From contig DVLQ01000104.1 of assembly GCA_018715395.1 (NCBI GenBank), forward strand, positions 1-49,470: a stretch of 49,470 bases of DNA, in the 5' to 3' direction. This stretch comes from Candidatus Coprocola pullicola (lineage in GTDB: Bacteria > Bacillota > Clostridia > Lachnospirales > Anaerotignaceae). Every line of letters begins with the position of its first letter. The first letter of the stretch is position 1. The notes beneath the pieces are model-generated. The model did not search any database, was not told the origin of the DNA, and saw nothing but the letters and a program-made list of their open reading frames with translations. Position numbers and translations under genes: made by a program. Shown here piece by piece: positions 40,137-49,470 of this stretch.

Positions 40137-41681
40137 ATGATAAATATAAAAAAGAGATATGTAACATTAATAGTTGCTTGTGTGTGTATTTTTTTGACGT
40201 CTGTCACAGTACAAGCGGCTATGGAGGCGAAGCCGACTACTTCTAAAATATATGTTAATGGAGAAGAAAAAAAATGTGCTGCATACTATATTAATGGAAA
40301 TAATTATTTTAAACTGCGGGATTTGGCGTATGCTTTAAATGGTACAAATAGAGAATTTAGCGTAAAATGGGACAATCAAAAAAAGACTGTACTGCTGACG
40401 TCGGGAGAGAGCTATACACCCATAGGCAATGAAATGGAACCTGTAGAAAATATATCTCGTTCTGCCAATGTTACTTCTTCTAATATTTTAGTGGATGGGC
40501 AGACTCTAAAGGTACAGGGATATAATATTGGGGGAAACAATTATTTTAAATTAAGAGATATTACAAACATTTTTAATATTTCTGTCATATGGAATGGCAA
40601 AACAAACACCATTCATATTGAAACAGGACAAGGAGAACAAACAGAAAGAGTTTTGAGTGCAAAAGAAATTTATGACAGATGCAGTGATGCCGTTTTTTAT
40701 ATTGAAACATATGACATTGACGGAGATGTTTTAAGCAGTGGCAGCGGTTTCTTTTTGGACAGCGATGGAAAAGCAGTAACGAATTTTCATGTATTGCAGG
40801 ACAGCTATAGTGCAAAAATCACAACAGCCGATGGCAATCGTTTTGCTGTAAAGGGCGTGATTGGCTATGATATAAAAGGAGATTTGGCAATATTACAAAT
40901 AGACGGCAGTGGTTTTGCGTATTTATCTTTAGGAGATTCTGATGAATTGACAAGTGGAGAAAAAATATATACTATAAGTAGTCCTATGGGATTGTCCAAT
41001 ACGATATCGGAGGGAATTGTTTCTGGTATTAATCGTACCATAGGAGATATTCCTTATATTCAAATTACAGCGGCTATATCCCATGGCAGCAGCGGAGGTG
41101 CCCTTTTGAATGAAAAAGGACAGGCTGTAGGTATTACCTCGGCAGGACTTGCTGAAGGACAAAATCTCAATTTTGCTATTCCTATCAATGCCATTTCTAC
41201 GTTGAATACAGATACTTTTTACAGTTTTTCAGAGTTGGTGGTAGAATATACTATATATTCTTATTATGAAAGAGCAAAACCATTTGAAAATGTGGTGATG
41301 GAACAAGAGCCAAATGATTTGTTTGAAACTTCCCAGTTTTTAGAAAATGGCAGCAGTGTTATAGGAACTATGCAAGCAAATGAATTAGATAATTATTATG
41401 TTTTTTGTGGTTCTCCAGGAGTGCTGGAATTATATTGTTATTCAGATGCAGAAAATTTTGATAAAATGGCAGTATTGGCAGAAGATCTTTATGGAAAAGT
41501 AGAAACACTGGGCAAATTTGTAGAAATGGAAGATGGAAAGAAGGGAATGTATCTGTTACTGCCTGTGCTAGAACCCGGATATTATCACATTATGCTGGGA
41601 ACGGAGGAAAAAATACAAAAAGAAGAAGCAATAGAATATATATTTTACTATCAATTTATACCAGAAGGAGTAGAATGGTAA
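40137..41681 (+). CDS. Secreted trypsin-like (S1C) serine protease with two copper-amine-oxidase-like N-terminal (stalk) repeats
   Basis: Signal peptide; two GNNYFKLRD repeats; triad motifs TNFHV, GDLAIL, HGSSGG; EQEPND in the C-terminal domain. Confidence 0.9.
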   Translation: MINIKKRYVTLIVACVCIFLTSVTVQAAMEAKPTTSKIYVNGEEKKCAAYYINGNNYFKLRDLAYALNGTNREFSVKWDNQKKTVLLTSGESYTPIGNEMEPVENISRSANVTSSNILVDGQTLKVQGYNIGGNNYFKLRDITNIFNISVIWNGKTNTIHIETGQGEQTERVLSAKEIYDRCSDAVFYIETYDIDGDVLSSGSGFFLDSDGKAVTNFHVLQDSYSAKITTADGNRFAVKGVIGYDIKGDLAILQIDGSGFAYLSLGDSDELTSGEKIYTISSPMGLSNTISEGIVSGINRTIGDIPYIQITAAISHGSSGGALLNEKGQAVGITSAGLAEGQNLNFAIPINAISTLNTDTFYSFSELVVEYTIYSYYERAKPFENVVMEQEPNDLFETSQFLENGSSVIGTMQANELDNYYVFCGSPGVLELYCYSDAENFDKMAVLAEDLYGKVETLGKFVEMEDGKKGMYLLLPVLEPGYYHIMLGTEEKIQKEEAIEYIFYYQFIPEGVEW

Positions 41682-41909
41682 AAAAGAAATTTGTAAAAAA
41701 ACAATAATAGAAAAAAAGAAATATAGATTTGTCATAAAAGAAAGAAAAAACTACAATTTCTATATAATTTATAGTAGATTTTATGACTTTAGTATGTTAT
41801 AATAGTCGATAATTGTGCGGAAATTCTTTCAGCACGTAGGATACAGAATGTTTGAGAGGCTTTTTGACGCCTCTGGCATAGCTGAAAATTTTTAAGGAGG
41901 AGCAACAGT

Positions 41910-43205
41910 ATGAACGCAACATTTGTGGAAAAAGCGAATAATGTAGTGAAATTTACAGTAGAGGTAGACGGTGCAGCATTTGAAAAAGGTCTTGCCTATG
42001 CTTATAATCAAAACAAAAATAAAATTTCTCTGCCTGGATTTAGAAGAGGAAAAGCGCCAAGAAAATTGATTGAAGCACAGTATGGCGCAAATTTTTTCTA
42101 TGAAGAGGCGATTAACCATATTTTCCCTGATGTTTATGAAGAAGCGATTGATGAATTAAAACTGGACGTAGTAAGCCGTCCTACTATTGATGTAGAAAAT
42201 ATTAATAAAGAAACAGGCGTTAAATTTATTGTGGAGGTAACAGTAAAACCAGAAGTAACATTAGGACAATATAAAGGTCTGAAAGTAGAAAAAGAGCCTG
42301 TTGAAGTGACAGAAGAAGAAGTGGAAAAGGAATTGAAATCCATTCAGGAAAAAAATGCCAGATTGGTAGAAGTAACAGACAGAGCTGCTGAAAACGGGGA
42401 TGTTGCAAAAATCAGCTATCTTGGTACAGTAGATGGAGTTGCTTTTGAAGGCGGACAGGCTGATAACCATGATTTGACATTGGGCTCTCACGCATTTATT
42501 GAAGGATTTGAAGAACAGATTGTCGGGCACAATGTGGGAGATAAATTTGATGTCAATGTGACATTTCCCGAAGCTTATCATGCGCCTGAGCTTTCCGGAA
42601 AAGCGGCTGTATTTGCCGTGGAATTAAAAGGACTCAGCAAAAGAGAACTGCCTGAACTCAATGATGAATTTGCAGAAGACGTTTCAGAATTTTCCACATT
42701 AGATGAATATAAGGCAAGTATTCAGGATAAACTGAAAAAGGAAAAAGAAGAAAAGGCAAAACAAATTCAAAGCGACAAGCTTTTGGATGCGGCTATTGCA
42801 AATTGCACCATGGATGTGCCACAGGTGATGTATGATAACAAAATCGACCAGATGATGCGCGAATTTGAAGAAAACATCACAAGACAAGGCTTGACAATGG
42901 ATATTTACTGCAAATATATGGGCACAACAAAAGAAGATGTGAAAGAAAACTTTAGAGAAACATCTGAAAAAAGTGTAAGAGCAAGACTGATGCTGGAGCA
43001 GATTGTAAAAGAAGAAAATCTGACTGTTTCTGAAGAAGCGTTGAAGGAAGAAATTGGAAGATTTGGCGAAAGCTATGGCATTGATGCAGAAAAGATGATT
43101 GAGATGTTCCGTGAAGAAGATAAAGAAGCGTTGAAAGAAGATATGCTTGTAAAACAAGCGCTGAAACTGATTGAAGACAGTGCAGAAGAAGTAGAAAAAG
43201 CATAA
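41910..43205 (+). CDS. tig: Trigger factor
   Basis: PGFRRGKAP ribosome-binding motif; FKBP domain FIEGFEEQI, VTFPEAYH. Confidence 0.98.
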   Translation: MNATFVEKANNVVKFTVEVDGAAFEKGLAYAYNQNKNKISLPGFRRGKAPRKLIEAQYGANFFYEEAINHIFPDVYEEAIDELKLDVVSRPTIDVENINKETGVKFIVEVTVKPEVTLGQYKGLKVEKEPVEVTEEEVEKELKSIQEKNARLVEVTDRAAENGDVAKISYLGTVDGVAFEGGQADNHDLTLGSHAFIEGFEEQIVGHNVGDKFDVNVTFPEAYHAPELSGKAAVFAVELKGLSKRELPELNDEFAEDVSEFSTLDEYKASIQDKLKKEKEEKAKQIQSDKLLDAAIANCTMDVPQVMYDNKIDQMMREFEENITRQGLTMDIYCKYMGTTKEDVKENFRETSEKSVRARLMLEQIVKEENLTVSEEALKEEIGRFGESYGIDAEKMIEMFREEDKEALKEDMLVKQALKLIEDSAEEVEKA

Positions 43206-43374
43206 TCGCTTCCTTATGGATTCTACAGGGATTCTCTCTAAGTAAAACTAATTTAGCTGCAAAAAGAAGTTTTTGAAAAAAAATAGATGAGATATAAGGG
43301 TGTGGGGTGGTGAATTGGCACTCCATACCTTTATACTTTATTTGTAAAAATTTGATTTTTTTGGAGGTCTTAGA

Positions 43375-43962
43375 ATGAGTTTAGTCCCAATGGTAGTAGA
43401 ACAATCTAGCAGAGGAGAACGTTCCTATGATATTTATTCTAGATTGTTAAAAGACAGAATTATATTTTTAGGTGAAGAGGTAAACGATACAACAGCAAGC
43501 CTTGTAGTAGCGCAGCTTTTGTTTTTGGACGCAGAAGACCCTGATAAAGATATTAATCTTTACATAAACAGTCCCGGCGGCGTCATTACGGCTGGAATGG
43601 CTATTTATGATACAATGCAGTATATTCATGCAGATGTTTCTACGATCTGTATTGGTATGGCGGCAAGTATGGGAGCGTTTTTATTGGCAGGAGGGGCAAA
43701 GGGAAAACGTTTTGCATTGCCCAATGCGGAAGTGATGATACATCAACCTTCCGGCGGAGCAAGAGGACAGGCGACTGAAATTCGTATTCATGCAGAAAAT
43801 ATATTGAAAACGAAAAGAAAACTCAATGAAATTTTAGCGCAAAATACAGGAAGAACCGTGGAAGAAATTGAACGTGATACAGAACGTGACAATTTTATGT
43901 CTGCACAAGAGGCGAAGGCTTACGGTTTGATTGACGAAGTCATTACAAAGCCACAGAAATAA
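43375..43962 (+). CDS. clpP: ATP-dependent Clp protease proteolytic subunit
   Basis: [30 protein letters not shown]. Confidence 0.99.
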   Translation: MSLVPMVVEQSSRGERSYDIYSRLLKDRIIFLGEEVNDTTASLVVAQLLFLDAEDPDKDINLYINSPGGVITAGMAIYDTMQYIHADVSTICIGMAASMGAFLLAGGAKGKRFALPNAEVMIHQPSGGARGQATEIRIHAENILKTKRKLNEILAQNTGRTVEEIERDTERDNFMSAQEAKAYGLIDEVITKPQK

Positions 43963-43975
43963 AGGAGATGAAATC

Positions 43976-45259
43976 ATGTCAGAAGAAAAGAAACAACTGA
44001 GATGCTCCTTCTGTGGGAAACCACAGGATCAGGTGCGTAAGCTGATTGCAGGACCAAATGTATATATATGCGATGAATGCGTTGGACTTTGCACAGATAT
44101 TGTAGCAGAGGAATATGATGTTTTGGCAAATCGTCCAGAACGTACAGAAATGCCAAAGCCAAAAGAGATTAAAGCCATATTAGACGAATATGTGGTGGGG
44201 CAGGAGGAAGCAAAAAAAGTACTTTCTGTTGCAGTGTATAATCATTATAAAAGAATATTGGTAGATGAAAAAGCAGATGATGTGGAGCTGCAAAAAAGCA
44301 ACGTGCTGATGGTAGGACCTACAGGTACAGGAAAAACACTTCTTGCCCAAACGCTTGCAAGGGTATTAAACGTACCTTTTGCCATTGCGGACGCAACTTC
44401 TTTGACAGAAGCCGGATATGTGGGAGAGGACGTTGAAAATATATTGTTAAAGCTGATACAAGCGGCGGATTATGATATTGAACGTGCGGAAAGAGGAATC
44501 ATCTATATTGATGAAATTGATAAAATTACAAGAAAGTCTGAAAATCCTTCTATTACAAGAGATGTCAGCGGAGAAGGCGTACAGCAGGCGTTGCTGAAAA
44601 TATTGGAAGGCACAGTAGCCAGCGTTCCTCCTCAAGGGGGTAGAAAACATCCTCATCAGGAATTTATACAAATTGATACTACAAATATATTGTTTATTTG
44701 TGGAGGCGCTTTTGGAGGCATTGAAAAAATTCTGCAAAGTAGACTCAATGAAAAAGTCATTGGATTTGGCGCAACTGTACAAAGTAAAGCAGAAAAGAAA
44801 ACAGGAGAGCTTTTGAAGCAGTTGATGCCCCAAGACTTGCTAAAATTTGGATTGATACCAGAATTTATAGGACGTTTACCTGTGATTGTAACATTGGATA
44901 ATTTAGACGAACAGGCGTTGGTACGTATTTTAACAGAGCCAAAAAATGCTTTGACAAAACAGTATGAATATCTCTTTGAACTGGATAATGTTTATTTGGA
45001 ATTTACACAAGAAGCGTTAAAAGCTGTAGCAAAACAAGCTATGGAAAGAGAAACAGGCGCTAGAGGCTTGCGTTCTATCATGGAGGAATTTATGAGTGGA
45101 ATTATGTACGAAATTCCTACAGAGCCAAACATTGAAAAGTGTATTATTACAGAAGATGTAGTAGTACAGCACAAACCAGCGGAGTATATTTATAATTATA
45201 ATAGAGAACCAATACAAAGGATTAGAAAACAAAAACAGAAAAAAGAAGGTATTTCATAA
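43976..45259 (+). CDS. clpX: ATP-dependent Clp protease ATP-binding subunit ClpX
   Basis: CSFC...CDEC zinc finger, [11 protein letters not shown] loop, IGF loop. Confidence 0.99.
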   Translation: MSEEKKQLRCSFCGKPQDQVRKLIAGPNVYICDECVGLCTDIVAEEYDVLANRPERTEMPKPKEIKAILDEYVVGQEEAKKVLSVAVYNHYKRILVDEKADDVELQKSNVLMVGPTGTGKTLLAQTLARVLNVPFAIADATSLTEAGYVGEDVENILLKLIQAADYDIERAERGIIYIDEIDKITRKSENPSITRDVSGEGVQQALLKILEGTVASVPPQGGRKHPHQEFIQIDTTNILFICGGAFGGIEKILQSRLNEKVIGFGATVQSKAEKKTGELLKQLMPQDLLKFGLIPEFIGRLPVIVTLDNLDEQALVRILTEPKNALTKQYEYLFELDNVYLEFTQEALKAVAKQAMERETGARGLRSIMEEFMSGIMYEIPTEPNIEKCIITEDVVVQHKPAEYIYNYNREPIQRIRKQKQKKEGIS

Positions 45260-45267
45260 TATAGAAA

Positions 45268-45304
45268 AAACAACTTCCGATATAATTTTGGAGGTTGTTT
45301 TTTT
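45268..45304 (+). terminator. Terminator after clpX
   Basis: aaacaacttccga...ttggaggttgttttttt. Confidence 0.75.
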
Positions 45305-45753
45305 AGAAAAGACATTGCATACGTAATTTTACAAAATATGGAAGTAAAAATATACAAAAGAAAGGAATTTTTCATAAATATATTGACAGATAAATGACAA
45401 TGGTGTAAAGTATGAGTGTAAGAAAAAAACAATATACACACAAAATTAGAAAAAATTGTGTGTTGTTTTTATCCATAATAGTTCGCATACAAAATATTTT
45501 GCATTTTCTTTTAGAAGTAATAGAGATACAATGCAAAGTTATTTTTATGGGAAGAGATAAAATTTTTTTGTGAAAACGATTAAAAAAAGTTGCTTTTATA
45601 AAAGAAATTTTGTCAACAGGGGCATTTTTTTAGAAAGAAAGAGTTTTTTTTGCACAAAATGCAAAAAGATAATTGTCACAAATAGTGTTAGAAACAATAT
45701 AGAATTGTGATGTATCACTATCCCTTTTTATAATATGTTTGTTGATAAATATG

Positions 45754-45783
45754 TTGACAAAATTTAAACAAACATGGTATAGT
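45754..45783 (+). promoter_or_regulatory. Candidate sigma-A promoter for the acyl-CoA dehydrogenase operon
   Basis: TTGACA-18 nt-TATAGT with TG extension. Confidence 0.55.
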
Positions 45784-45940
45784 CTTTATAAAGACACTGT
45801 ATTTCTTGCATGAAAAACAGTTGTCAAAGACCTCTTTTTTTCAGGCACAAGCCCAAGCAATCAGGTCAGTTTTAGTTAAGTAACCGGCGTAGAGCAAGCC
45901 TGTTATTTAAAATTTATTAAACATATAGGAGGAATATTAA

Positions 45941-47080
45941 ATGGATTTCAAATTAACAAAAGCACAGTTGTTACAGCAAGAATTGTTTAAAAACTTCGCT
46001 GAAACAGAAATTAAACCAATCGCAAAGGATATGGACGAAGCTGAGGAATATTCTCAAGAATTAGTTGCAAAGCTTCAGAAAATCGGTGCTTTCGGTATTC
46101 CTTACTCCAGAGAGTACGGCGGACAGGGCGCTGATGTATTGACATATACATTAGCAATGGAAGAAATGTCTAAAATAGACGCTTCTACAGGTATTACACT
46201 TTCTGTGCATACCTCCCTTTGCTGCTCTTGTATCAATGAATTTGGTACAGAAGAACAGAAACAGGAATTTTTAAGACCATTAGTAGATGGTAGGAAAGTG
46301 GGTTGCTATGGTTTAACAGAACCAAATGCCGGTACAGACGCTTCCGGTGTACAGACAACAGCTGATAAAGAAGGTGACTACTACATTATCAATGGTTCTA
46401 AAATGTTTACAACAAACTCTGGTTTTGCTGATACATTTGTTGTATTTGCTTTAACAGATAAATCCAAAGGCTCAAGAGGCATGTCTGCATTTGTTCTTGA
46501 CAGAGATATGCCGGGTATTTCTGTAAGTGAAAACATCGAACGTATGGGTATTAGAGCGGCGTCTAACTGTGCTGTTACATATGAAAATGTAAAAGTACCT
46601 GCAAACAGAATGCTTGGCAAAGAAGGACAGGGATACAAAATTGCTATGACAGCTTTGGGCGGCGGACGTATTGGTATTGGCGCACAGGCTGTTGGTATTG
46701 CTCAAGGAGCTATTGATGAAGCTTTGAAATATGTAAAAGAAAGAAAACAAGGCGGTAGAACAATCAATAAATATCAAAATACACAGTTTAAACTGGCTGA
46801 ATGCCAAACAAAAGTAGATGCAGCTAGATTGATGGTTTGGAGAGCAGCAACAGCAAAAGATAACCATGAAAACTATGCTCCATTGGCAGCTATGTGTAAA
46901 TTATTTGCTTCTGAAGTAGCAAATGAAGTAACAAGAGTTTGCGTACAGCTTCTTGGCGGTTATGGATATTGCCGTGAATATCCAGTAGAAAGAGCAATGA
47001 GAGATGCTAAGATTACAGAAATCTATGAAGGTACTTCTGAAGCTATGAAGATGATTATCTCCGGCTCAATGAAGGTTTGA
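45941..47080 (+). CDS. Short-chain acyl-CoA dehydrogenase (Bcd-like; substrate uncertain)
   Basis: GLTEPNAGTD, NGSKMFTTN, GGYGY, RDAKITEIYEGT. Confidence 0.95.
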   Translation: MDFKLTKAQLLQQELFKNFAETEIKPIAKDMDEAEEYSQELVAKLQKIGAFGIPYSREYGGQGADVLTYTLAMEEMSKIDASTGITLSVHTSLCCSCINEFGTEEQKQEFLRPLVDGRKVGCYGLTEPNAGTDASGVQTTADKEGDYYIINGSKMFTTNSGFADTFVVFALTDKSKGSRGMSAFVLDRDMPGISVSENIERMGIRAASNCAVTYENVKVPANRMLGKEGQGYKIAMTALGGGRIGIGAQAVGIAQGAIDEALKYVKERKQGGRTINKYQNTQFKLAECQTKVDAARLMVWRAATAKDNHENYAPLAAMCKLFASEVANEVTRVCVQLLGGYGYCREYPVERAMRDAKITEIYEGTSEAMKMIISGSMKV

Positions 47081-47133
47081 TAGACAATCGTTAGTCAGAA
47101 ACGAAATATGAAAAATTCGGAAGGAGAACTATA

Positions 47134-47928
47134 ATGAAAATCGTTGTATGTATTAAACAAGTACCAGACACAGTTGAAGTTAAAATTGACCCAAAAACAG
47201 GCACTCTGATTAGAGATGGTGTTCCTAGTATCATCAACCCAGATGATAAAACAGGTATTGAAGCTGCACTGCAATTAAAAGAAAAAATGGCTGGTAGCAC
47301 AGTAACTGTTGTATCTATGGGACCTCCACAGGCAGACGTTGCTTTAAGAGAAGCACTGGCTATGGGTTGCGACGAAGCAATTCTTGTTTCTGGCAGAGAA
47401 TTTGGTGGTTCTGATACATATGCTACATCCGGTATTTTGGCAGCGGCGTTAAAAACATTAGAATATGACATCATTATTACAGGTCGTCAGGCTATTGACG
47501 GCGACACAGCGCAGGTTGGACCACAGATTGGTGAAAAAATTGGCGTGCCTCAGGTTTCTTATGTAGAAGAAATTCGTGAAGTAGCAGAAGACCATGTTGT
47601 TGTAAAAAGACAATTTGAAGATGGATACCACATCATCAAAATCAAAACTCCTTGCCTTTTGACAGCGATTGCTGAATTGGCACAGCCAAGATACATGAGC
47701 GTTAGAGGCGTTGTAGAAGCATATGAAAAAGAAATCAAAATTCTTGGATTTGAAGATTTGAAAGATAACCTTGAGCTTGACATGATTGGCTTGAAGGGTT
47801 CACCAACAAACGTTTACCAGTCCTTTACAAAAGAAGTAAAAGGCGCTGGTACAATCCTCAAAGATTTGTCAGCAGAACAAGCTGTAAAAGCGATTGTAGA
47901 CAAATTGGAAGAAAAATTCATTATTTAA
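47134..47928 (+). CDS. etfB: Electron transfer flavoprotein beta subunit
   Basis: VCIKQVPD, SMGPPQA, GRQAIDGDTAQVGP. Confidence 0.97.
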   Translation: MKIVVCIKQVPDTVEVKIDPKTGTLIRDGVPSIINPDDKTGIEAALQLKEKMAGSTVTVVSMGPPQADVALREALAMGCDEAILVSGREFGGSDTYATSGILAAALKTLEYDIIITGRQAIDGDTAQVGPQIGEKIGVPQVSYVEEIREVAEDHVVVKRQFEDGYHIIKIKTPCLLTAIAELAQPRYMSVRGVVEAYEKEIKILGFEDLKDNLELDMIGLKGSPTNVYQSFTKEVKGAGTILKDLSAEQAVKAIVDKLEEKFII

Positions 47929-47976
47929 TCCAGAAATGAAAATCGTTAGAATTAGTATAAGGAGGAGAACCCTACA

Positions 47977-49029
47977 ATGAGTAAAGGTATATATGTAGTA
48001 GTTGAACAAAGAAGCGGAAAAGTACAAAACGTTGGACTTGAGCTGATTGGCGAGGCTACAAGATTAAAAGAAGATTTGAAAGACGATGTAGTTGCTGTAT
48101 TACTTGGCGACGGTATAGAAGGCGAAGTAAGTAAATTATTCCACTTTGGTGCTGATAAAGTTATTTTGATTCAACATCCTTATTTAAAAGAATATGTAAC
48201 AGAACCATATACAAAAGCGCTTACACAGGTTGTAAAAGAGTATGACCCTGAAATTATGCTCTTTGGTGCATCTTCTATAGGTCGTGACGTTGCTCCTAGA
48301 CTTGCAAGCCGTGTAAGAACAGGTCTTGTTGCAGACTGCACAGGTTTAAGAATGGCTAAAACTGAAGAAGAAATTGCAAAAGAAGAATCTATGGGTTGCC
48401 CAGACGGTAAAAGAGCATTGCTTATGACACGTCCGGCATTTGGCGGTAACTTGATGGCTACTTTGATGTGCCCAAGAACAAAACCTCAAATGGCAACTGT
48501 TCGTCCTGGTGTTATGAAGAGAATTGCAAAAGACGAATCCAGAACAGGCGAAGTAATCAAAATGGATGTTGCTTTTACAGAAGCAGATATGAATGTTGAA
48601 ATTTTGGAAGTTGTAAAAGCAGAAAAGAAATCTATCGACTTAACAGAAGCAAAACTGATTGTTTCCGGCGGTCGTGGTATTGGCGGTCCAGAAGGTTTCG
48701 ATTTGGTAAGAGATGTAGCTGATGCACTTGGTGCAGAAGTTGGTTCTTCCAGAGCATGTGTTGATGCTGGCTGGATTGAAAAAGACCGTCAGGTTGGTCA
48801 AACAGGTAAAACAGTTAGACCTGACTTATATCTTGCTTGCGGTATTTCTGGTGCAATCCAACACGTTGCAGGTATGGAAGGTTCTGAGCTTGTTATTTCT
48901 ATCAACAAAAATGATACAGCAGCAATCTTTGATGTTTCTGATTTAGGTATTGTTGGCGATGTAAAAGTTATCCTTCCTAAATTAGCTGAAGCTATCAGAA
49001 AAGCAAAAGCTGAAAAAGCGGCTCAGTAA
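47977..49029 (+). CDS. etfA: Electron transfer flavoprotein alpha subunit
   Basis: TRPAFGG, VSGGRG, QVGQTGK, GISGAIQH. Confidence 0.97.
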   Translation: MSKGIYVVVEQRSGKVQNVGLELIGEATRLKEDLKDDVVAVLLGDGIEGEVSKLFHFGADKVILIQHPYLKEYVTEPYTKALTQVVKEYDPEIMLFGASSIGRDVAPRLASRVRTGLVADCTGLRMAKTEEEIAKEESMGCPDGKRALLMTRPAFGGNLMATLMCPRTKPQMATVRPGVMKRIAKDESRTGEVIKMDVAFTEADMNVEILEVVKAEKKSIDLTEAKLIVSGGRGIGGPEGFDLVRDVADALGAEVGSSRACVDAGWIEKDRQVGQTGKTVRPDLYLACGISGAIQHVAGMEGSELVISINKNDTAAIFDVSDLGIVGDVKVILPKLAEAIRKAKAEKAAQ

Positions 49030-49080
49030 TCTAAAAAATATTAAAAAAATAGAAATTGTGTCCAAGCGGTGTAACATTAA

Positions 49081-49113
49081 AAGGGCAATCTCGTTTTAAG
49101 AGATTGCCTTTTT
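49081..49113 (+). terminator. Terminator after etfA
   Basis: aagggcaatctc-gtttta-agagattgccttttt. Confidence 0.85.
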
Positions 49114-49470
49114 GTATAGAGAAAACCACGCGTTAGACGCGTGGTTCAAAAAAGCCTTCTGGCGTTGAGGTAGAAGTAAAAACTCCTTTTCACTATAGTC
49201 TGCCAACTGCAAGAAATAAAGTGAAAAGGAGGTCCGTATATGGGAATTGCGGATATACATAGTTTATCGCATACAAAATGGAATTGCAAATATCATATTG
49301 TGTTTGCGCCGAAATATAGAAGAAAAAGTATTTTATTACGAAAAAAGGAAAGCAATAGGAGAAATATTGAGAAAATGATGTGAGTGGAAAGGCATGAATA
49401 TATTAAAAGCAGAAGTATGTCCGGATCATGTACACATGCTGGTAGAGATACCGCCGAAAATGAGTGTATC
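49114..49470 (+). mobile_element. tnpA: IS200-family element, copy D (least decayed; runs off the window) with an inactivated tnpA
   Basis: Perfect left-end hairpin AACCACGCGT-TAG-ACGCGTGGTT at 49124-49146. ATG 49240 gives MGIADIHSLSHTKWNCKYHIVFAPKYRRK, then an extra base at 49323-49327, TGA at 49376, then CEWKG...PDHVHMLVEIPPK (HUH motif). Confidence 0.95.

Noticed and set aside
43375-45259. Functional clustering of clpPX with ssrA-smpB
   Set aside because: They lie about 36 kb apart in ordinary conserved contexts; co-occurrence in the window is likely coincidental.
45736-45772. Rex operator upstream of the dehydrogenase operon
   Set aside because: TTGTT...ACAA half-sites are present but not at the 18-bp Rex spacing.
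49114-49470. TnpB/IscB RNA-guided system linked to the IS200/IS605 elements
   Set aside because: Full-length copies A, B and C are about 550-670 bp and tnpA-only; no RuvC-type ORF is in the window. The remainder of copy D lies outside the window.

Overview
AT-rich chromosomal window from a spore-forming gut Clostridia member (Lachnospirales/Anaerotignum-like, inferred from gene content). It is mostly housekeeping: smpB-ssrA, rplS-lepB-rbgA, class III fbp, mutS2, an OmpR/sensor kinase pair, the SCIFF ranthipeptide locus (scfA-scfB) followed by secD-secF-recJ-apt, tRNA-Leu/tRNA-Gly, tig-clpP-clpX, and an acyl-CoA dehydrogenase-etfBA operon. Accessory genes include a GmrSD-type (DUF262-DUF1524) nuclease, a CZB-domain chemoreceptor, an SMI1/KNR4-like protein and a secreted S1C protease. 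The intergenic spaces hold material the ORF track misses: at least five dead IS200-type (tnpA-only) elements, each just downstream of a hairpin/T-run, two copies of a MITE-like element flanking a GNAT gene, a decayed flavodoxin-family gene, and two genes broken by a single-base deficit in an A-run. I see no CRISPR array or prophage and cannot claim a new multi-gene system. The best leads are the IS200 derivative family, the extra C-terminal domain on GmrSD, the cryptic secreted-protein operon near 24 kb, and the anomalous tRNA-Leu acceptor stem. All alignments were done by eye, with no database searches.
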